A model generated the notes under the pieces. The model worked only from the letters and a program-made list of their open reading frames with translations, was not told where the DNA came from and did not search any database. 64,000 nt of DNA from the human T2T-CHM13v2.0 reference genome, Homo sapiens. The stretch is from the NCBI RefSeq assembly GCF_009914755.1, contig NC_060939.1; one strand, 5' to 3'. The translations under genes were made by a program, and so were the position numbers. Positions 31,771-46,657 of the stretch are shown piece by piece (the stretch's first letter is position 1; each line of letters opens with the position of its first letter).

Positions 31771-33904
31771 ATTCTCCCCATTGTGGACGTTCAGACTGGG
31801 TCTGAAGATCTAGAACAAATTTCAGATTGACTCTGGCCAGCTTAAAACATGTCTTTCTAGCACAAACGATTGCTAACTGGCTCAAAGTGGTCGGCTGAGT
31901 CAACAAAGATCACTTTCAAATAATTCTGATCCTTTTTGGCTGGTTCTAACCATTTGCAATTCATTTAATACAGATATGTTTACTTCAAAAGAGTTCTGAT
32001 CAACTTAAAAAGAGGTTCAAATCCATATAAAATACACCATCCATTTTAGCAAGTTCATAGTTGTTCAAAAGAATCTGGTTCATATTATTTTACGGTGAGT
32101 TAAAAGAGGTTCTCCTACAAAACTTTCTGACTTTGGCTAAAACCTGATATATCTAACCAAAATTATTGGAGTCTCATTGTAATTAGCTTTAATTGCTTCA
32201 GACTGGTTTTAGCTAGTTCCAATAGGCTCTGACTTGGACATGCAGGTTCTGACAGGCTTCTAAAAGTTTTAGTTGGTTCTGAGTATATTTTACTAAATCA
32301 AACTGTGCTGACAAATTAAATCCACTTTCAATTGAGTCACACTGGTTCTACCTCTATCGAACTGCTGGAAACTAGTTTGATAACTATAGTTATCTGTAAA
32401 ATTGTTTTTACTGGTTTAGACCAATATAGACTGGTTCAAAACAGTCTGAAATGTTTCAAATTAATTTCAGATGTTCAAACAGTTCAAAACTAGAAATGTA
32501 AAATGACAATCAGAAGCAACAAAAACAACAGTTTGGTGTTTAAAACTTGTGCCAAACCAACAAACTTAAAATTTTATTTTTAAATTACCTCATTTGTAGA
32601 TATTCTGTATCCAAAAATTTATCTCCACCATTATATACTGTATAATCACACTCGAACAGCATGTATGTGTTCGAGTACAGTAAAGGATTGGGAGAAAGGA
32701 GCACTGGCATAGGAGAAGATGACAGATAACAGGGAAATATGTGATGAGTGACACAGGCTTCCTGGGTTGAGAATTCACCTCCCATTTTACCTGAAAGACC
32801 TGGCAGCAAAATATTCACCCATGACCCAACAATGAAGATTCTGATTGGGGAAAACCTTTAGCAAATTTGGAGGCTGTCTAGAGTTTGTTCAAAACTGATC
32901 ACGCTGACCAGGCTGGTCTGGGTTAAAAGAGACCAGAATTCCAAAGAATAAGAAAATTTCAGAGAAATAAAGGGAGTTGGGGGCAGGCAGGTTTTCAAAA
33001 TAACAGATCTTTCAAGGTTTGGGCATGGTGTTGAGGGCGACAGCCTTCTTATCTGAGCTTGCAGTCCAGTTAGTGAAAGCCTGGAGTTAGTGGAATTACC
33101 CCATCTTTCAGCAGAAAATCATTCTAGTCTATACCAGACTATACTCCCACCTCCATCCTGCAAGTCCATACGTGGCTTTCTCATCACTACTTATCACTAC
33201 TAGGTGAAGACAATTTAATGTTAAGTCTCAATTGATGGTATATTTTCATATAAACAATTTTTGTTCTCTTATTTATTATTCAAGTCCTGAGTAGTATTCC
33301 TAGGGCCTGTTTTCCAGAAAGAAAATACTCCACTCCTCAAATACAGAAATCTAATAACGTAAATGATTTTTGTGTTGGCATTTCATTTCAGGAAGGAGTA
33401 AACAGTGAGAACACACAGTACCAGAATTTGACATTTGGGGCACCCAAACAACGTTGTATGCTCACCATTTCCTGCTTGTACTCCAGCCTACTGAGGTTTG
33501 GGAAGCCAGTTCACAAGGGCTTCCCTCTGACACTCTCTTGCTGAAAATGGGTCTGAAACCTAGGTCAGATGCCCACATGTCAAGCACTTTACACACATTA
33601 GCACAACAATCCTCATCACTGCCCTATACATAGCATATACACTGTCTCCCTCAGAAAGATCTAGAGCTGTTCTATCGTAAGTGCTTCAGTGAGGGCATAA
33701 GTAACTGAGTCTTGGCCAGTCTACCCACATATTAGCATGGGCACAATTCCAATCTATTGTTGAGAGACAGGAAAAAAAAATGGAGGTTAAAGGCAGAAAC
33801 TCTACAACCAAGCCACCTGTATTTGAGTCCAGTCATGTAACTTTGGAAAATTTATTTAGTCTCTTTTGCCTTGGGCTCCTCACCTGTAAAACAGGAAGAG
33901 ATTC

Positions 33905-34112
33905 TATTTTATCAATTCTAACATGCTTTCTTATTTTAACTTCTTTAAAATTGGGGTGCATCTTACATTTCAGTCTTACAATCCAAGACATCTTGCAATT
34001 GCTATTATTGCAATTGCAATAGAGATACAACTGTGTGAAAGCTTTTTGTTAGCATCTTCTAGCAAGGTCAAGAATGCATCATCAATATATTTTAGACTCA
34101 ATGAAGCACAAT
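33905..34112. mobile_element. MER104/Kanga-like TcMar-Tc2 MITE nested in a MIR
   Basis: tattttatcaattctaacatgc...attttaac...aaattggggtgcatcttaca...ttagactcaatgaa; MIR on both sides. Confidence 0.6.
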
Positions 34113-34667
34113 AATAAAGCTATTTCTGAGGGCTGTTGTGAGGACTGAGCTAGTGTATACACACAAAGTTTGGAACAGTGCACAGGACATAGTAAGTTCT
34201 ATGTAAGTATTAGCTGTTATTAGCAGCAGCATCCAGCAATCTGGCTTCCAAGGGTCAATATGCAGGCAATGTTCTTTTCTTTCCTAGAAGTATAAGAAAG
34301 TACATTGAGCCCCTAAACCAAAAATTAATTTTTAAAAATAAGGATCTGCTAAGAGTATTTGAAGCCAAGGTTATATATTTAAACTCTGTACTGCCTTGAG
34401 AAAAGTGCTGTCTACCTCAAGGAAATATCTTCTAAAAAGTCAAGAATGACCTTAATTTGGGATATGCAAAAGACTTTCTTATTCAGCTCACTTCTCTCTC
34501 TCCTCCTTATACAAATATTTTTTCAAAGTGCTCTCCACCCTCACTATCATCAGATTAACAATAGAAAGCAAGGAACACCCATTTCCTCAACATGTACTAT
34601 GTGGTGTTAATTGCCTGGTGAGAGAAAGTCTATCATCTTCCTTATTTTTAAAATAAAACATATTTTC

Positions 34668-34754
34668 ACCTGTAATACCAGTGACTGAGGAGGCTGAGGC
34701 AGAAGGATGGCTTGACGTCAGGAGTTCAAGACTAGCCCAGGCAACTAGCAAGAC

Positions 34755-34792
<38 letters not shown>

Positions 34793-34995
34793 ATATATAT
34801 TTGTTTTTTTTTTTATAAATTAGGCAGGTGTGGTGGCATTAGCCTGTAGTCCTAGCTACTTGGGAGGCTGAGGCAGGAGGATTGCTTAAGCCCAGGAGTT
34901 CAAGGCTGCAGTAAGATATGCTCACATCACTACATTGTAGCCTGGGCAACAGATTAACATCCCATCTTTAAATAAATTTATTTAATAAATAAAAA
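34668..34995 (+). mobile_element. AluJ with the central linker replaced by (TA)n plus poly-T
   Basis: aggattgcttaagcccaggagttcaaggctgcagt, J-type right arm. Confidence 0.9.
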
Positions 34996-36499
34996 TAACT
35001 GCACATGTACCCCTGAACTTAAGTTGAAGGAAAAAACACTTAAAGATTTTTAAATGTTTTTAAAAATACTTTTTAAGTGTTTTTTAGGAAATAAGATAGA
35101 AGAGAGTAGATTTAGTTAAGAGGAAAGGGAAAGATCTAGTTCTATTTCTCCCTCTCTCTCTCTCTGCTACACACACACAGACATATCACAGCCCAGATTT
35201 TCCATGAAGTGTCATATTAAAGTGAATCATAGACTCCAACCTTAGGATCCCCCACTAATAGGCAGAATCATTCTAAAACTACTCTAGATAGGTCAGCCAT
35301 TTTCCGAAAGCCAAATTTTCCCTCTATTACTCATATTTAGTACAGAGCAAAAGAAAGGGGAGGAATAATATTAACTGAACAGCAACATGTAATAAATATA
35401 CTTGATTTTATTTTATCTGCTCATCATCCTTAAAAAGAACTTCATGTCTGGACAAGACTCATACCATATAGAGACTGATGTTTTCTCAGTGTGATGGCAA
35501 ATAGGCTTGAGTTCAAATTCTGACTTTTCTACTTTGTATGATCTGATCCAAGTTTTTTATACTAAGCCTTATTCTTTAAACTGTAAAATGGAGATAATAA
35601 CAGTACTAATCTCATTGGGTTGTTTTAAGGACTAAGTGAGATAACCCACAGAAAGCTTTTAGCACATTGTTTGCCCTGTGCTAAGTGTTCAATAATTGAG
35701 ACTTATTAAAAATACTATTATTAATAGTTTCACCACGTTCTTCATTAGCAAGGCATGTAATTTTATAACCTATTCTTAATGTAACCAGTACCTGAACCTT
35801 CAGAAAAATCACAGAAAGAAATTTAAGTTAAGTACAATGATTTTGGGGCGCCCTATCCATCACAAAATCTACCTTGGCATTCCAATCTAAGAATGAGTTG
35901 TATCTGGGTGATTTTTGGTAATTTCAGACCTAGGAGTACCCATCAGTTGAATGCTCTAATTTCCAGAAGAGGAAACTGAAACTCAGAGAAGGTAAATGAA
36001 TAGTCTGAAATAAACCAGCTAGTTAGACATGGGGCTAATCTAGATCTCATGTCTCCTAAATTCTAGTCATGTATGCATATTTTTCTTCTGTCTGTATTCC
36101 TTCCTTCAGAGTGAGAAACCTCAGTTACAGCTGCTTGAATTCAAGAATCAAAAGTTTTCTTCAGTGCCAGCAGTTATAGCAGTGATAAAATGCTTTATAA
36201 TTAAGGCTTGTGCTCTCAGAGAGGTTGGGTTGAGGGATCTGTACTTCTGTGCTCAGAGTCCCTCTATCAAGAAGCCCTTCATCCTGATGGGCTCTGCCAA
36301 GGACAGAAGTCATAAATTGGGAGCTTGTCTGCTTCTTGCTGGTCATTGCAAATCCAAGAAAAAAAAATAACTCTTCTTAATACTTGTACCATATCCCATA
36401 AATCATCTTTCTTTCCTATGGTTTCAAAATGAAAAGCAAGCAGAGCAATCATGAAATTTTTCATTTACCTGTAGAATTGCTCGGCCCCGTTTTCTCTCA

Positions 36500-36802
<303 letters not shown>

Positions 36803-37179
36803 TTATTTTCTCTGACATCATGTCTCTGTAAGGACACTTCTGGCCCTCTCTCTTTTTCCTTCATTCAATAAATATTGATTGAATACTTATTATATGCTAG
36901 GTGCCAGGGTACAATGGGGATCCAACTCAGTTATATTCAATGTGGAAAATCTCTTACTCTTGCCTACCTTAGACCTTATAGTTTTAGCCATGTCCCAGTC
37001 TAACTTCTCCCAACAACTATACCTGCCTTTGGGTTTTCAAATAAGTCCATCTTTCTGAACATTTTAAGCTTCTCTCATAAACATAACACAATATGACATC
37101 AAAATTCATATCCTAAGTCACATGTTTGACAAAGATGCAAAAGGAATAAACATGGAAAAGGAATAAAAGTGTGAAGCTT

Positions 37180-37522
<343 letters not shown>

Positions 37523-37542
37523 TCAGTAGAGAAGAAAGAGAC

Positions 37543-37715
37543 AGCCTCAACCTCCTGGGCTCATGTGATCCTCCAGTCTCAGCCTCCCAAGCAGCTGGGA
37601 TCACAGCAGTGCACAACACCATACACCATGCCCAGCTTTTTGTTGTTGTTGTTGTTGGGGGGAGATGACGTCTCCCTATGTTGCCCAGGCTGGTCTCAAA
37701 CTCCCGAGCTCAAGA
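37543..37715 (-). mobile_element. AluJ fragment
   Basis: cagcctcaacctcctgggctc...tatgttgcccaggctggtctcaaactcc. Confidence 0.85.
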
Positions 37716-38988
37716 GGAGAAATTTTTATAAAGAGAAACATAAGGTATATTATAAAGAATTTTTTATCTGAAAATATTTTGAATTTTTTAGAATGGTTCA
37801 ATATTTGAGTGTTCCTATGTAGCTTATGGACTTCACTTATTGCAGTGCAAAATTATTTTTGCAGAGAAACAGGAGCAGATGAATATAACTATTACTTTTC
37901 AAATAGCACAGAACATCAGCATTTATGTGAATTATAACACCACATGTTCTTTCATATAATTTAACATCCCCTTGTTCAGTGATTGATTTGGAGAAAATGT
38001 TCATATACAAATGACTGGCATAGAAATATAAACCTTATCAGTACTTTTATGTTTAACGTTAAAAAGCAGTAGGCTTTTCTTGCTTTTTTTGTTTTATTTT
38101 GTTTTTGTTTTAATAATGCCATTGTGGACCCATACCCGGCATTCTGGAAGGAAACACATAACAGAGACACCAAAAGCAAGGAAGAGAAGTCACATGGCAT
38201 GAGGCAGGCTAGAAGAGGCATTTTATAATGTACCAAGATATATGAGTAGGGACACTTGTATTTACCAAATGAGCCCTGGCCACAACTCTCACAGACCATT
38301 ACAATTCCTACACCCTGAGGTGGAACACAGCTACTTCCACTTCAAAAGCAAGATGCATACTGCCCAATAGCAGGAACCCCATTTCCATAAGTGGAGACAG
38401 CCTATGTCTTCCGTGCAGTTTACTCATCTCAACTTCTGGTCTAGATGTGCGTAGATATGGTTGCGCCCTCCCTAATATGTCAAGAGTGGAAAAAATGATG
38501 TTATAAACAAAGAGCTCATCTTGTTTGTGCAAAATCTCAGGCGGAGAGAAGTGGAAATCTAACACCTTTGAAAAGTAGAAGGAAACAGGAATATGATTCT
38601 TTCTTGTTTCTTATTAAAAGATGAGTTTGATTTTATCTAAATTCAGAATATTAGATAACTGCATTTTATATTCACCTATAACCTAAGATTCATAAGTGCA
38701 TTCCTATCAGTACAGTATTTTATAATAATAACATAAGTCCATCCTTAACAGTGATGTTGAGGCAGCAGAGAAGTTCATGGCTAGAAACTGTTGAGATCTT
38801 AAGTTCTATAGCATTTGGCTTAATATTTATAAATGCACTTGCTACATAGGAATATTCCATTTCCCTCACCAACTGCTAGAAAACTGCTAGACCAACTTCT
38901 AGCAGATGGTGATATTCCACTATAGCAAGTTCTTCAGACAAAAAATAAAATTATCTGTAAATACTGTTGAATTAAATATACATTTCTG

Positions 38989-39232
38989 GGCCGGGCATGG
39001 TGGCTCATGCCAGTAACTCCAGCACTTTGGGAGGCCAAGGCAGGCAGATCACTTGAGGTCAGGAGTTCAAAACCAACATGGCAAAACCCTGACTTTACTA
39101 ACAATACAAAACAATTAGCCTGTAGTCCCAGCTACTCAGGAGGGTGAGGCAGGAGAATTACTTGAATCCGGTAGGTTCACGGGCGATAATGCCACTGCAC
39201 TCCAGCCTGGGCGACAGAGTGAGACTTCGTCT
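38989..39232 (+). mobile_element. AluS with several deletions, followed by a TA-rich tract
   Basis: Alu consensus. Confidence 0.92.
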
Positions 39233-40909
39233 AAGATATATATATGATATAGATATATATATAATACATATAAATATATATACACATTTATAAATGCTTC
39301 CAAAACACCAAAACATACATCATTTTTAACAGCATCTTCCAGATGTTCATAATTTTTCTTAAAGAGAAAGACCAGGATGAAGAAAAAAATAAGCAGTCAT
39401 AGCCCAGAAATCCATCAACTATTTCTGAAATGTTACCATCACCTCAGTGGGTGACCAACATAACCCAGTAGGCAAATAACACAAACAACTGTATGTTAGG
39501 AAACAAGAGGCGTTGAAATGATTCCTGAAAGCAGAAAACGTTCTGGAAGACCAATGTCAATAACTCAAATGAGATATCGGCTTTTTTTTTTAATTTATTG
39601 AAACCATTGACTTCATTTACCCAAAAGACATTATTTGTTGCCCAAGGCTCTTCCAGGATCAGAATATGAATGTTTATAGAGATTTATGGAAAGTAAATTC
39701 ACCAAAACACTGGGTCTTATAGTACTTATAGTTTGTGACAAGTACCCCTTGCTCCATAGATATAGGGTAATAGAAAAAAAAAAAGCACACATAGAATATA
39801 TGTCATTGGTAAAACATAGGCAGTACAGTGGAAACAGGTGTGGCTGTTTGATTTGCTTAGTAATATCTCAAATAATGTGACGGCAGTCTCAGAATGGACA
39901 CAGCCACTCGACACTCCAAAAGTCTGCTCAACCCATAGCTAAACATGCCTCTTACCACCACCAAGAAGCAAGCAGTCTCCAAGAATTTGGAATGAGTGCA
40001 AAATCTACAAAGTATGCTCCCACTGAGTGGTTGCTTTTTGTGAGCACATAGAAGACAGTGAAACACAGACTTCGGAGTCAAGTTCTCCTAAATTCAAATA
40101 ATAGTATACCACCTCCTACCTGTACAAACTGAACAGCAAAATGCCTGATGAAGATCAATGAATCATAGCTATTCTTATGATTATGACAGATTAAGGCTTA
40201 AACCAGGCTTGAGCACTGATCCTGGGGCTTTTTCCAGTCTACCTTCAGGATGACACTGAGACTTCATAAAGCTATCAAAGAATGGAGTGGAAATATTTCC
40301 TGAAAATGAAAAAGGAGGAACAACTTAAGCTACCTGGAAGGTAGAACATCTGCAAGTCCAACTGGTAAGTACAGGGAATTCTGGTATTAACAAGCTCTGA
40401 AGAGGTAAAATGAAAAGCTTTGGTTATCTCAGAGTGCCACCAAACTTGTGGGCCCAAGGCTCAAAGGCAGAAAAAAATAGAAATGATAGCACTGCTACCC
40501 CAGCCAGGACTGAGAGAATTACAAATCAGATAGCACTCAAAAGAAAAAAAAAAAATCAGATAGCACTCAAAGGACTTCACATTGCAAAGAGAATTTCCAA
40601 GTTGCAAAACACAGACCTAAAAACAGTGTCAAGGAATCTGTCAAGACTCATCTTCCTAGAACATGAAACATGCATGGAAAGCTTTTGACCAACACAGACT
40701 GACTCTCCTATTGCATCTCAACTTCCTCAAGTTTTCTGTTTGCTGCAACACAGGAAAGATGTTAATCTGTTAGGGAAATGCACCAACTCAAAAAGCAAAC
40801 CCTTTGCTTTCTGAAGGAGCAATGATACTTCTTTCCTTCCAAGAAACATGATGAATTAGAAGCAGCCAGACGTGTTAAACATGACTGTCCAAATAATAAA
40901 AACAATTAG

Positions 40910-41278
<369 letters not shown>

Positions 41279-42445
41279 TAAGCAGATACATTCTCTGCCC
41301 ACAGGAATATGTTCTTCAGGTACATGGTGGCATGCTAAAGCACACAGGACTTCCATCTCTTCACAGCTGATTTTCATTTCCATAGTCAAACATCCACCCT
41401 ACCACACCCCATGCTGTGTTCCAACAGCCTCACTTCCAACCATCATCTGGGTGCCATAACCTCTCTACAGTCTTCTTCCTCTCCTGGCTTTCCTGTCCCT
41501 CATCTCCAGGTACTATTGCCAAACTCCGGTTTGCATGTGCAAAAAGTGACATGAAACTAACAATATTAGTGCTTTTCTTGTAACACACTGAGTTGCTATA
41601 TCAACTTCAAGGTGTTCAACCCTCCTCAATAAATTCATAATGCTGCTGTGTCTTCAGGTACTCCCACTTTTCCAATCAGGAAGAGTTTTTCCCCTGCAAA
41701 GTATGGGAAAAGAGCCATTCTGGAAAACCAAGTGTTTCTAATACTATGCCAGTTTTGGTTTCACCATAATGTTAATGAAAAGGTAGCATTCTGATACAAA
41801 TAGATCACGTGTTTAAAATATTAGTATCTATAAATATGTTTATTATATGCCAACTTAGTTCTTTTAAAAACATTAAACTAGGCTCAGAAAAATCAAGGCT
41901 TTTCCTGATGTTTTAATACCACTAAATCAATGATGCCAGGATTCTTAGCTTCTTCCATTTGTTGTCAATAAGCTGTAGACAGCCAGCTATATATAGGTCT
42001 TTTTGGTATTTGTCAAGTCTACTGTCTCCATTAATATATATTTACAACACATGTTTAAATGTTTCCCTAAATATCATATTCTTTAACTGAACCAAAAAAA
42101 AAGGAAACTCACCTAATGGACAAGGTCAAATCAGATATATTTCTTATTGCTTCTCAAAGTCTTTCCTTATTTCACCTATTATTCAGTATGCAGAGTCTCA
42201 GAACTGACTGTTTGCATTTCTATCAGCAGCTGTTTATAGAATGGGGTGTGACTTGCGTTTGCTTATGCAAAATGACTGAGGAACAACAATGCACAGCCAT
42301 CCAGCCAGTTTCTAACTCAGCCTGTCAGATTACAGTTGGCTTTTTTGCTATTATTGTTGTCCATCTCTAATTTTATTGCATTGTGATCACTAAATGTGGT
42401 CTGCTTAACAACAAATTTGGTGGAATTTAAGAGGAATTAAGTGTA

Positions 42446-42740
42446 TTTATTTAGAGGCAGGGTCTCACTCTGTCACCCAGGCTGGAGTGCACTGGCGCAA
42501 TTATGTCTCACCGCAGCCTTGACCTCCCCAGCTTAAGCAATCCTCTCACCTCAGCCTCCTAAGTAGCTGGGATCACAGGTATGCACCACCAAAAATGGAT
42601 AATTCTTTTTAATTCTTTTTGGAAGACAAGGTGTCACTATGTTGCTGCCCAGGCTGGTCCTGAACTCCTGGGCTCAAGTGATCCTCCTATCTCAGCCTCC
42701 CAAAGTGGTGAAATTACAGGCATGAGCCACCATGCCCGGG
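42446..42740 (-). mobile_element. AluJ
   Basis: cagccttgacctcc and ctcctgggctcaagtgatcctcc. Confidence 0.92.
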
Positions 42741-43107
42741 CTGAATTAAGTTTTATAAATGTTCCACGATTATGTGAAAACAATCTGTACACCCTGTTAG
42801 TTGGATGCAAAATTACATACATTCTAGTCAAGCTAGTTAGTTGTGGTTTTTGATCTGATATATCCTTATTTATCTTTTTGCTACTTCATCTGTTTCTAAG
42901 AAAGGTGTGTTGAAACTCCTAGATCATATTCATTTTTAGAAAATAAGCCCAAGGTCATGTCTTAAAGAGGATGAATATAAAGCATAATAAAAGAACAAGC
43001 ATTGCAGTCCTTATTCAGAGAAGCATTAAATTTGTGCTTTTCAGTCTGTTTTCTATGAAACGCTGGGATTCATGAAAATACTTTAAGAGTTCTGTAAACT
43101 TATTAAG

Positions 43108-43422
43108 ATTTTTTTTTCTATGTTTGTTTTTTGTTTTTTTGAGACAGAATCTCACTCTGTCACCCAGGCCGGAGTGCAGTGGCCTGATCTCGGGCTCACT
43201 GAAACCACCACCTCCCGGGTTTAAGCAATTCTCATGCCTCAGCCTCCCTAGTGGCTGCGACTAAAGGCCTGCGCAACCACGCCCAGCTAATTTTTGTATT
43301 TTTTAGTAGAGATGGCGTTTCACTATGTTGGCCAGGCTGGTCTCAAACTCCTGATCTCAAGTGATCTGCCTACCTCAGCCTTCCAAGGTGCTGGGATTAC
43401 AGACTTGAGCCACTGCGCCTGG
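43108..43422 (-). mobile_element. AluS
   Basis: Alu consensus. Confidence 0.94.
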
Positions 43423-44003
43423 ACTCCTTCTATTATGTTTTTTAAAAACTGGAATAAAAAAAAGTATATAGTCAAATAAGTTACATACCAAATTTAGAGA
43501 CCTCCAAGTTATTTACTTATGCTACTTTGTTAAGCTATTTATGGCTACCTTTAACGTATACATGTTATTTGGAATTCCTATAATTATTAGTTGAGAAGAC
43601 TGTACTTTGCACTAGACTTCTCTCCTTTGCTTAATCAGAATGGATTAATTTGTCTATTGTGAAATTATTTAAGGAAGTACATGTGAACTACATTCAGTAA
43701 ACGGCAGTCAAAGCTCAGGCACATGTTTCAGCAGATGTTTGCTTTCATCCTGTTACAACAGTCAATTGAGCAATAAAGAATGAACACAACATGTTGCATC
43801 ACAACATTTTATTACAGATCACTATAGAGATTATTCTTTGGGAAGTTTGTTGTCTGACTTCTAGAAGCATGAAAGGGCTATTCTGGGTTTGGGCTACTTC
43901 TTTTTCATAGCAGATGAGTGTCTTCACAGTCAGTTCCTGCATAGGAAACCTACATAATGTCATTGCAACAAACCTTTCATTGCCTCAGAAAACTGCTCTG
44001 GCC

Positions 44004-44194
44004 CAGCTGGTTGCAAACTTTCTTTAGCAATAAAACTGTTTCTTCAAATAAAATCTTACATGGCACCCCAACATATAAAACAGATGGCAGCAGAGTGATA
44101 TTCTAATGAAAGGAGTGAAGGTCAAGACACCAACGCCCATAGACCCAACAAGGACATAAGAAGAATCTCACTGTACACATTTAGAAAATCATTG
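44004..44194 (-). mobile_element. MER103C-like hAT-Charlie MITE
   Basis: tttcttcaaataaaatcttacatgg...aacatataaaacagat; ends cagctggttgcaaac / tagaaaatcattg. Confidence 0.7.
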
Positions 44195-45482
44195 CAGAAA
44201 GGTCTACCTACAATGCAGCTCTGAATCGTCTCATTTGCCTTTGGCTTTGTCCCTAAACACTTCCTCTCTGCCTAACCACTTCAGTTGACAGCTCATTTGT
44301 AAGATCTGCCACACTCTTTTATTCAGCGTCTCCTAAAGATGCCACCTCTCAGATATCACCTTAACACACTTCTTATCTGGGAGGGATTTGAAATGCTTTG
44401 GGTGTCCCTGGTGAGAACTGCAAGAGGAGCTATTTAAAGCTTAAGAGAATGAAAGAAGACCATAGGAAGAGTCTTGAGAACAACCATCATTGCGTCATTC
44501 CTGGGGAAAGGGTCCTGGAAATGAGTCCTGGAAAAATCGAGGCCAAACTGCCCAAAAGGCAACCAAAGAAGCAGCATCGACCATGGGATAGGAAACTGGT
44601 GTCCTTAAAGGGGCAAGAGAGAAAACTGCAGGGAGGATGTCTGTAACCAGCTACATTGGTGATCCTTTCTTGTATCTAAATGGACACTTTGAGGCCATCA
44701 GAAAATATGACCAGATTAGTCCTGATGGGCTCAAAAATCTATATATGGATGAACCCTCAAAAGTCAAGATGTGGTTTGAAGAACACAATGAAATGTTGGT
44801 ATAGCAACTTTAAGATAACTGAGAATATATTATTTTGTGCTGTATCAGAAGCCACTTCATACTAAATTATAGCACAGAAGGGAATAAAGAGGTACAAAAA
44901 TTTTTTAAAATACTGATCAAAGTAAAAGTTCAGATTTTCTCTACTAACTTCATTTTCTTTCTATGAATTCAGAAGAAATTTCTAGTATTAGGCTCAGCTA
45001 ATGTCTGTGTCATGAGGAGTGTTTTACATGAAAGTACCCTTGCTTGAAACCATTACAAAGTTCCAGGGAAGGAGAAAGCGGCATGAGGTAGAGGGGACAG
45101 AGAAACCCCTAGCACTCCCTACCTGGCTTCATGTCAAGGCAGCACAAAATCAACTCCAACCCACAGGGATTAAGTACAAAGGGAGTTTTCAGACAGGTGT
45201 TCAAAGTCATACCAAGGTCAAACACCAAGAGACTAAGGAGCAGGTCAACAAAGGGGAAGAGTAGTTTATGGATCTGGGAGTCTTGGAGGTCAGCATTCCA
45301 AGAATTCAAGAGGACATCTGGGCAGACAACACAGTTCATTAGAGCCCACAGCAACAGTAGCTAGAAAAGACCGGGGGAGGGTGGTGAGGGATATAAAAAC
45401 TACATATTGGGTACAATGTACACTATTCAGGTGATGGGTGCACTAAAATCTCGGAATTTACCACTATATTATTCATCCAAGT

Positions 45483-45770
45483 GGCTGGATACAGTGGCTC
45501 ACACTTGTAATCCCAGCACTTTGGCAGGCCAAGGCAGGTGGATCACTTGAGGCCAGGAGTTCAACAGCCTGGCCAACATGGGGAAACCCCATCTCTACTA
45601 AAAAATACAAAAATTAGCTAGGCGTGGGGACACGTGCCTGTAATCCTAGCTACTCTGAAGGCTGAGGCACGAGAATGGCTTGAACCTGGGAGGCGGAAGC
45701 TGCAGTGAGCCAAGATCGCACTACTGTACTCCAGCCTGGGCGACAGAGTGAGATTCCATCTCAAAAAAAC
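45483..45770 (+). mobile_element. AluS inserted in a short L1P 3'UTR fragment (about 45370-45830)
   Basis: TSD attcatcca; L1 motif gggtacaatgtacactattcaggtgatgggtgcactaaaatctc. Confidence 0.92.
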
Positions 45771-46013
45771 GTACAGAATAAAATAATAATTCATCCATGC
45801 AGCCAAAAACCCCAAAAGCTATTGATTGATAGACAGACAGACAGACAGATAGATACAGATATACGTATCTATCTATCTATATACAAAAAAAAAGACCCAT
45901 AGTAGTTGTTGCTTTATCAAAAGCCAGAGAAATGTTCTAACCTTCTAAGTTACAGCAATTTATTCAATCAACTTGCTTTCCTCTACTCTGCCAACCAGTT
46001 TGAAAGGCTCCCT

Positions 46014-46657
<644 letters not shown>

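Noticed and set aside
32780-32800. tctttcag|gtaaaa as a recursive splice site
   Set aside because: Short pyrimidine tract and weak regenerated donor; no support from sequence alone.
38870-38905. Triple aact(g/t)ctag direct repeat
   Set aside because: Short local slippage duplication with no further structure.
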